A DNA stretch of 64,000 bases from NCBI GenBank assembly GCA_001783695.1, contig MFNE01000043.1:77062-141061 (forward strand), written 5' to 3'. Within the stretch, counting starts at the first letter, position 1; each line of letters opens with the position of its first letter. Below the pieces are notes generated by a model that ran no database searches, was not told where the DNA came from, and saw only the letters and a list, made by a program, of their open reading frames with translations. The position numbers and the translations under genes are program-made. Source of the stretch: Candidatus Lambdaproteobacteria bacterium RIFOXYD2_FULL_50_16. Lineage in GTDB: Bacteria; SAR324; XYD2-FULL-50-16. Of the stretch, positions 60,731 to 64,000 are shown in pieces.

Positions 60731-61661
60731 TAATCTGCCCGATCTCGGGCGGCGCAAAGCCATACGCTTGGTGGGCATGGGGGCGGCTGTCGGCATGGGG
60801 GCGCTCGCTTCGGGCTCTAGTTCCTTAGCCACTCCTAATATGGGAAATGTCTCGTTGGCCGATCAGGTGGGCAGTTTTTTTCAGGATCACTATAAAAGGA
60901 TGAGCCCTGAAGAAATTCAAGAAGCCATCGAGCGGCTCGAACGCAAATACAAATCTAAATATCAGGTGGAGGTTAAGGTTGGTGACCCCAAGCCCTTGCC
61001 AGACGTATTGTTTGGTTATGCCCTTAATATCTCTAAGTGTCAGGGGTACCGCGAATGTGTAAAAGGTTGTACCGCCGAAAACAACCAGTCCAAAGACCCC
61101 AACCTCGAATACATTCGGGTTTTGGAGATGGACCGGGGGCAGATGAACCTAGAGACCGCAGACCCTTATTACCCAAGCACTGAAGAGGTCCCTAAACCGG
61201 GCAAGTTTTATTTGCCCATCCAATGTCACCACTGCGAGAACCCTCCCTGTGTCAAGGCTTGCCCAGTTAAAGCGACCTGGAAAGAGCCAGACGGGATTGT
61301 GGTGATTGATTACAACTGGTGTATTGGCTGCCGCATGTGTGCCAACGCTTGCCCCTATTGGGCCCGTAAGTTTAACTGGACCGAGCCTAATCTACCTGTT
61401 GATACGGTGAACACCCAAACCGGTTACCTTTCTAATCGCCCTCGCGAAAAAGGGGTGATGGAAAAATGTACCTTCTGCGCCCAGAGGTCCCGCGAGGGGC
61501 GTATGCCAGCTTGCCAAGAAGCCTGCCCTACTGGGGCCCGCGTCTTTGGCAACCTGCTTGATCCAGACTCTGAGATTCGTTACGTGCTAGAAAACAAAAA
61601 CGTCTTCCGCCTTAAGGAAGAACTCAACACTGAACCGAAGTTTTGGTACTACTCTGATTAA
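60714..61661 (+). CDS. Tat-exported 4x[4Fe-4S] ferredoxin-like subunit (DsrO/HmcB/PsrB/NrfC-like)
   Basis: Twin-arginine signal LGRRKAIRLVGMGAA and four Cys clusters (CQGYRECVKGC, CHHCENPPCVKACP, CIGCRMCANACP, CTFC...CQEACP). Confidence 0.85.
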   Translation: MKFTNNNLPDLGRRKAIRLVGMGAAVGMGALASGSSSLATPNMGNVSLADQVGSFFQDHYKRMSPEEIQEAIERLERKYKSKYQVEVKVGDPKPLPDVLFGYALNISKCQGYRECVKGCTAENNQSKDPNLEYIRVLEMDRGQMNLETADPYYPSTEEVPKPGKFYLPIQCHHCENPPCVKACPVKATWKEPDGIVVIDYNWCIGCRMCANACPYWARKFNWTEPNLPVDTVNTQTGYLSNRPREKGVMEKCTFCAQRSREGRMPACQEACPTGARVFGNLLDPDSEIRYVLENKNVFRLKEELNTEPKFWYYSD

Positions 61662-61669
61662 GGGAACCG

Positions 61670-62968
61670 ATGAAACTGATCCGATTTTTTATCGATTGTG
61701 CCAAGGTTTCCTTAAGCGGAAACACCGCCTATTGGGCTTGGGTATCGGTCTTGTTGTTTTTTATCTCCATGGGCGGCTTCACCTACTTAGAACAGATGCG
61801 AGTGGGTTTGGTGATCACCGGGATGAGCGACCAAGTCTCTTGGGGCTTTTACGTCTCGAACTTCACCTTTTTGGTGGGGGTGGCGGCGGCGGCGGTGATG
61901 TTGGTAATCCCGGCCTATATCTTTCATAACCCAGACGCCAAACGCGTGGTTTTGTTAGGTGAAGGGTTGGCGGTGGCCGCAAGCCTGATGTGTATGTTGT
62001 TTGTTTCGGTCGATTTAGGCCGGCCAGACCGCATTTGGCACCTGAGCCCCTGGCCAGGGATGTTTAACTGGCCCAGCTCCCTTTTAACCTGGGATGTGAT
62101 TGTATTAAGTGGCTATTTAGGCCTCAACTTGGCCATTCCTGGTTATATTTTGTACAACCGGTATCAAGGGACCGAATACAACAAAAAGTTGGTTTTCGGC
62201 GCGGCGGTACTTTCGATGTTTTGGGCGATTTCTATTCATACAGTGACCGCCTTTTTGTTTGCTTCTAACTCGGCCCGCCCCTTTTGGGCCAGTGCCCTGG
62301 TCGCCCCCCGGTTTTTAGCCACCGCCTTTTGCGCCGGTCCCGCTTTTATTATTTTGGCCTTTTCGGTGATGCACAAGGTTCAGGCCTTCCAAATCGGCCA
62401 TAAAGTGATCGACTTGCTTTCGGTGATTGTGGCCGTTTCCATGCAAATCAACCTAATTATGTTAGCTGCCGAACTCTTTGTGGAGTTTTACGCAGAGGGA
62501 CAACATTCGGCCAGTGCTCGCTACCTCTTTTTGGGATTAGACGGCAAATCGGCCCTGGTGCCCTGGATTTGGAGCGCACAAGCCTTGAACGTGGGTGCTT
62601 TGATCCTGTTAATGATCGAAAAAACCCGCAAAAACTATTACTTTTTGGCGCTTGCCTGCGTCATGGCGGTCATTGGAATTTGGATTGAGAAGGGGATGGG
62701 TTTTGTGATCCCCGGCTTTATTCCTACCCCCTTGGGCGAAGTATTTGAGTATATGCCGACCTGGATGGAGGTGAAGGTTGCCTTAGGTGTTTATGGAATT
62801 GGGGCCTTGGTGTTCACCTTGATGATGAAGCCCTTGCGGGCGATTCAGTTGGGCTTGCTGGCCAATCCGAATTTAGATCTGGTTGCCGCCAAGCAACTTT
62901 ATGAGCAACGCGAACGCGAAGCCCTGGAACAGCGGATCAGAGGCTACGAAACCAAGATTGATCCCTAA
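61670..62968 (+). CDS. NrfD/PsrC-family polytopic membrane quinone-interacting subunit (DsrP/HmcC-like paralog)
   Basis: 432 aa, ~10 TM helices, with the same architecture as dsrP in this window. Confidence 0.8.
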   Translation: MKLIRFFIDCAKVSLSGNTAYWAWVSVLLFFISMGGFTYLEQMRVGLVITGMSDQVSWGFYVSNFTFLVGVAAAAVMLVIPAYIFHNPDAKRVVLLGEGLAVAASLMCMLFVSVDLGRPDRIWHLSPWPGMFNWPSSLLTWDVIVLSGYLGLNLAIPGYILYNRYQGTEYNKKLVFGAAVLSMFWAISIHTVTAFLFASNSARPFWASALVAPRFLATAFCAGPAFIILAFSVMHKVQAFQIGHKVIDLLSVIVAVSMQINLIMLAAELFVEFYAEGQHSASARYLFLGLDGKSALVPWIWSAQALNVGALILLMIEKTRKNYYFLALACVMAVIGIWIEKGMGFVIPGFIPTPLGEVFEYMPTWMEVKVALGVYGIGALVFTLMMKPLRAIQLGLLANPNLDLVAAKQLYEQREREALEQRIRGYETKIDP

Positions 62969-63167
62969 GTATAGGCCGGTCCTTTTTAAAAGGCATGTGG
63001 TGCGGGGTGAATTCCCCCCTCCTACTAGCTCCAAGCCTTGCAAAACTTGGCTTTACCTAGCAGGGGGAGCTTAATAGGCTGATTTACATTTGCCGCTATG
63101 GTCCGGTTGTCAGCCTCTTTTCAGAGGTTTAGTGTAAACAAAAACCCTCCCAATCCCTGAGGCCTTA

Positions 63168-64000
63168 TGAAACGTTTTATTGCTATTTTAGCTTTTCCTC
63201 TTTTAGCCCAAGCCGCCCTGGCTGACGACTTGCTAAAAAGTGCGCAAGACCAGTTTAAACCCCTGCCCTCTAAGGGGGTCGAACTTAAAGACAACCCTAA
63301 TTCGAAAGCCCGCTTTGAGTTGGGCCAGATGCTGTATTTTGAGCCTCGTTTGTCTAAATCGGGTTTGATTAGTTGCCATAGCTGCCACAACCTTTCGACC
63401 GGTGGAGCTGATTTGCAGACGACCAGCACGGGCCATGGCTGGCAAAAAGGTCCTCGTAACGCCCCGACCACGCTCAATTCGGCTTACCATATCGCCCAAT
63501 TTTGGGATGGACGCGCCCCAGATTTGGAGGCTCAGGCCAAAGGCCCGGTGCAAGCTGGTGTAGAAATGGCCAGCACCCCGGCCCAGGTGGAAGCGGTGTT
63601 AAACTCCATGCCCGACTACCAAAAGCATTTTAAAAAGGCCTTCCCCAACGATAAACAACCAGTCTCTTTTGACAACATGGCCAAGGCTATAGCCCTGTTT
63701 GAGGCAAGTTTGGTGACTCCAGATTCGAAGTTTGATTTGTATTTAAAGGGTAAAAAGGCGCTTAATAAAACCGAGACTGCCGGGCTTAAATTGTTTATCG
63801 ATAAAGGCTGTGCAAGCTGCCACAATGGGGTTAATATCGGCGGTGGTAGTTACCAGAAATTTGGGGTAGTCAAGGCGCCGATTGATCAGATTCGCCCGGT
63901 GGCCGACACCGGCCGCCAGAAGGTGACCAGCAAAGCCGAAGACGCCTATGTCTTTCGGGTTCCTACCTTACGCAATATAGAACTTACCGGCCCTTACTTC
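63168..64000 (+). CDS. Second di-heme cytochrome c peroxidase, 3'-truncated by the window edge
   Basis: Translated manually: MKRFIAILAFPLLAQAA signal peptide, heme sites CHSCHN and CASCHNG, GPRNAPTTLN...QFWDGRA...GPVQAGVEM. Absent from the ORF track because there is no stop codon within the window. Confidence 0.85.

Noticed and set aside
1-64000. CRISPR arrays, tRNA/rRNA genes, insertion sequences, integrases and prophage genes
   Set aside because: No regular repeat-spacer periodicity, no cloverleaf-compatible conserved tRNA boxes seen in the intergenic regions inspected, and no transposase/integrase-like ORFs or terminal inverted repeats. The only compositional anomaly is the small low-GC toxin islet at 856..1850.

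Overview
This 64 kb window is chromosomal core DNA from a sulfite/sulfate-reducing anaerobe with moderate GC content. Genes are tightly packed, and there are no rRNA or tRNA genes, CRISPR arrays, or transposase/integrase genes. The centrepiece is a fully contiguous reductive dsr supercluster on the minus strand (35788..44662): dsrC, dsrA, dsrB, dsrD, an atypical HesB/IscA-like gene, dsrT and dsrMKJOP, driven from a conspicuously AT-rich promoter region that contains a CRP/FNR-like palindrome. Housekeeping genes are present: thiI (partial), pirin, mpl, ridA, polA, rpsA, tkt and a glycogen phosphorylase. There is also an MlaFED-like operon with a degenerate LytM protein, three sensor histidine kinases, a Na/Pi transporter, and CreA, LuxR-family and TfoX-N proteins. 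Candidate novel or unusual modules: (i) a low-GC islet carrying a MazF/CcdB-fold toxin-like gene, a 147-aa upstream partner and a perfect palindromic operator. (ii) A 7TM-DISM hybrid sensor whose phospho-accepting His is replaced by Asn, followed by three tandem paralogous lipoproteins with a shared C-terminal helical motif. (iii) A glycogen phosphorylase with a ~275-aa acidic N-terminal extension. (iv) A cytochrome c peroxidase translationally coupled to a GGDEF-EAL sensor protein. (v) A divergent transcarbamylase co-operonic with a tetraheme cytochrome c / Tat Fe-S / NrfD-like module (DsrJOP/Hmc-like), followed by a second cytochrome c peroxidase. (vi) An NMO-family oxidoreductase with a Cys-rich tail. 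(vii) A decayed fatty-acid-hydroxylase pseudogene. (viii) A G10 homopolymer inside a membrane protein gene. All calls come from reading motifs in the supplied translations and DNA. No database searches were run.
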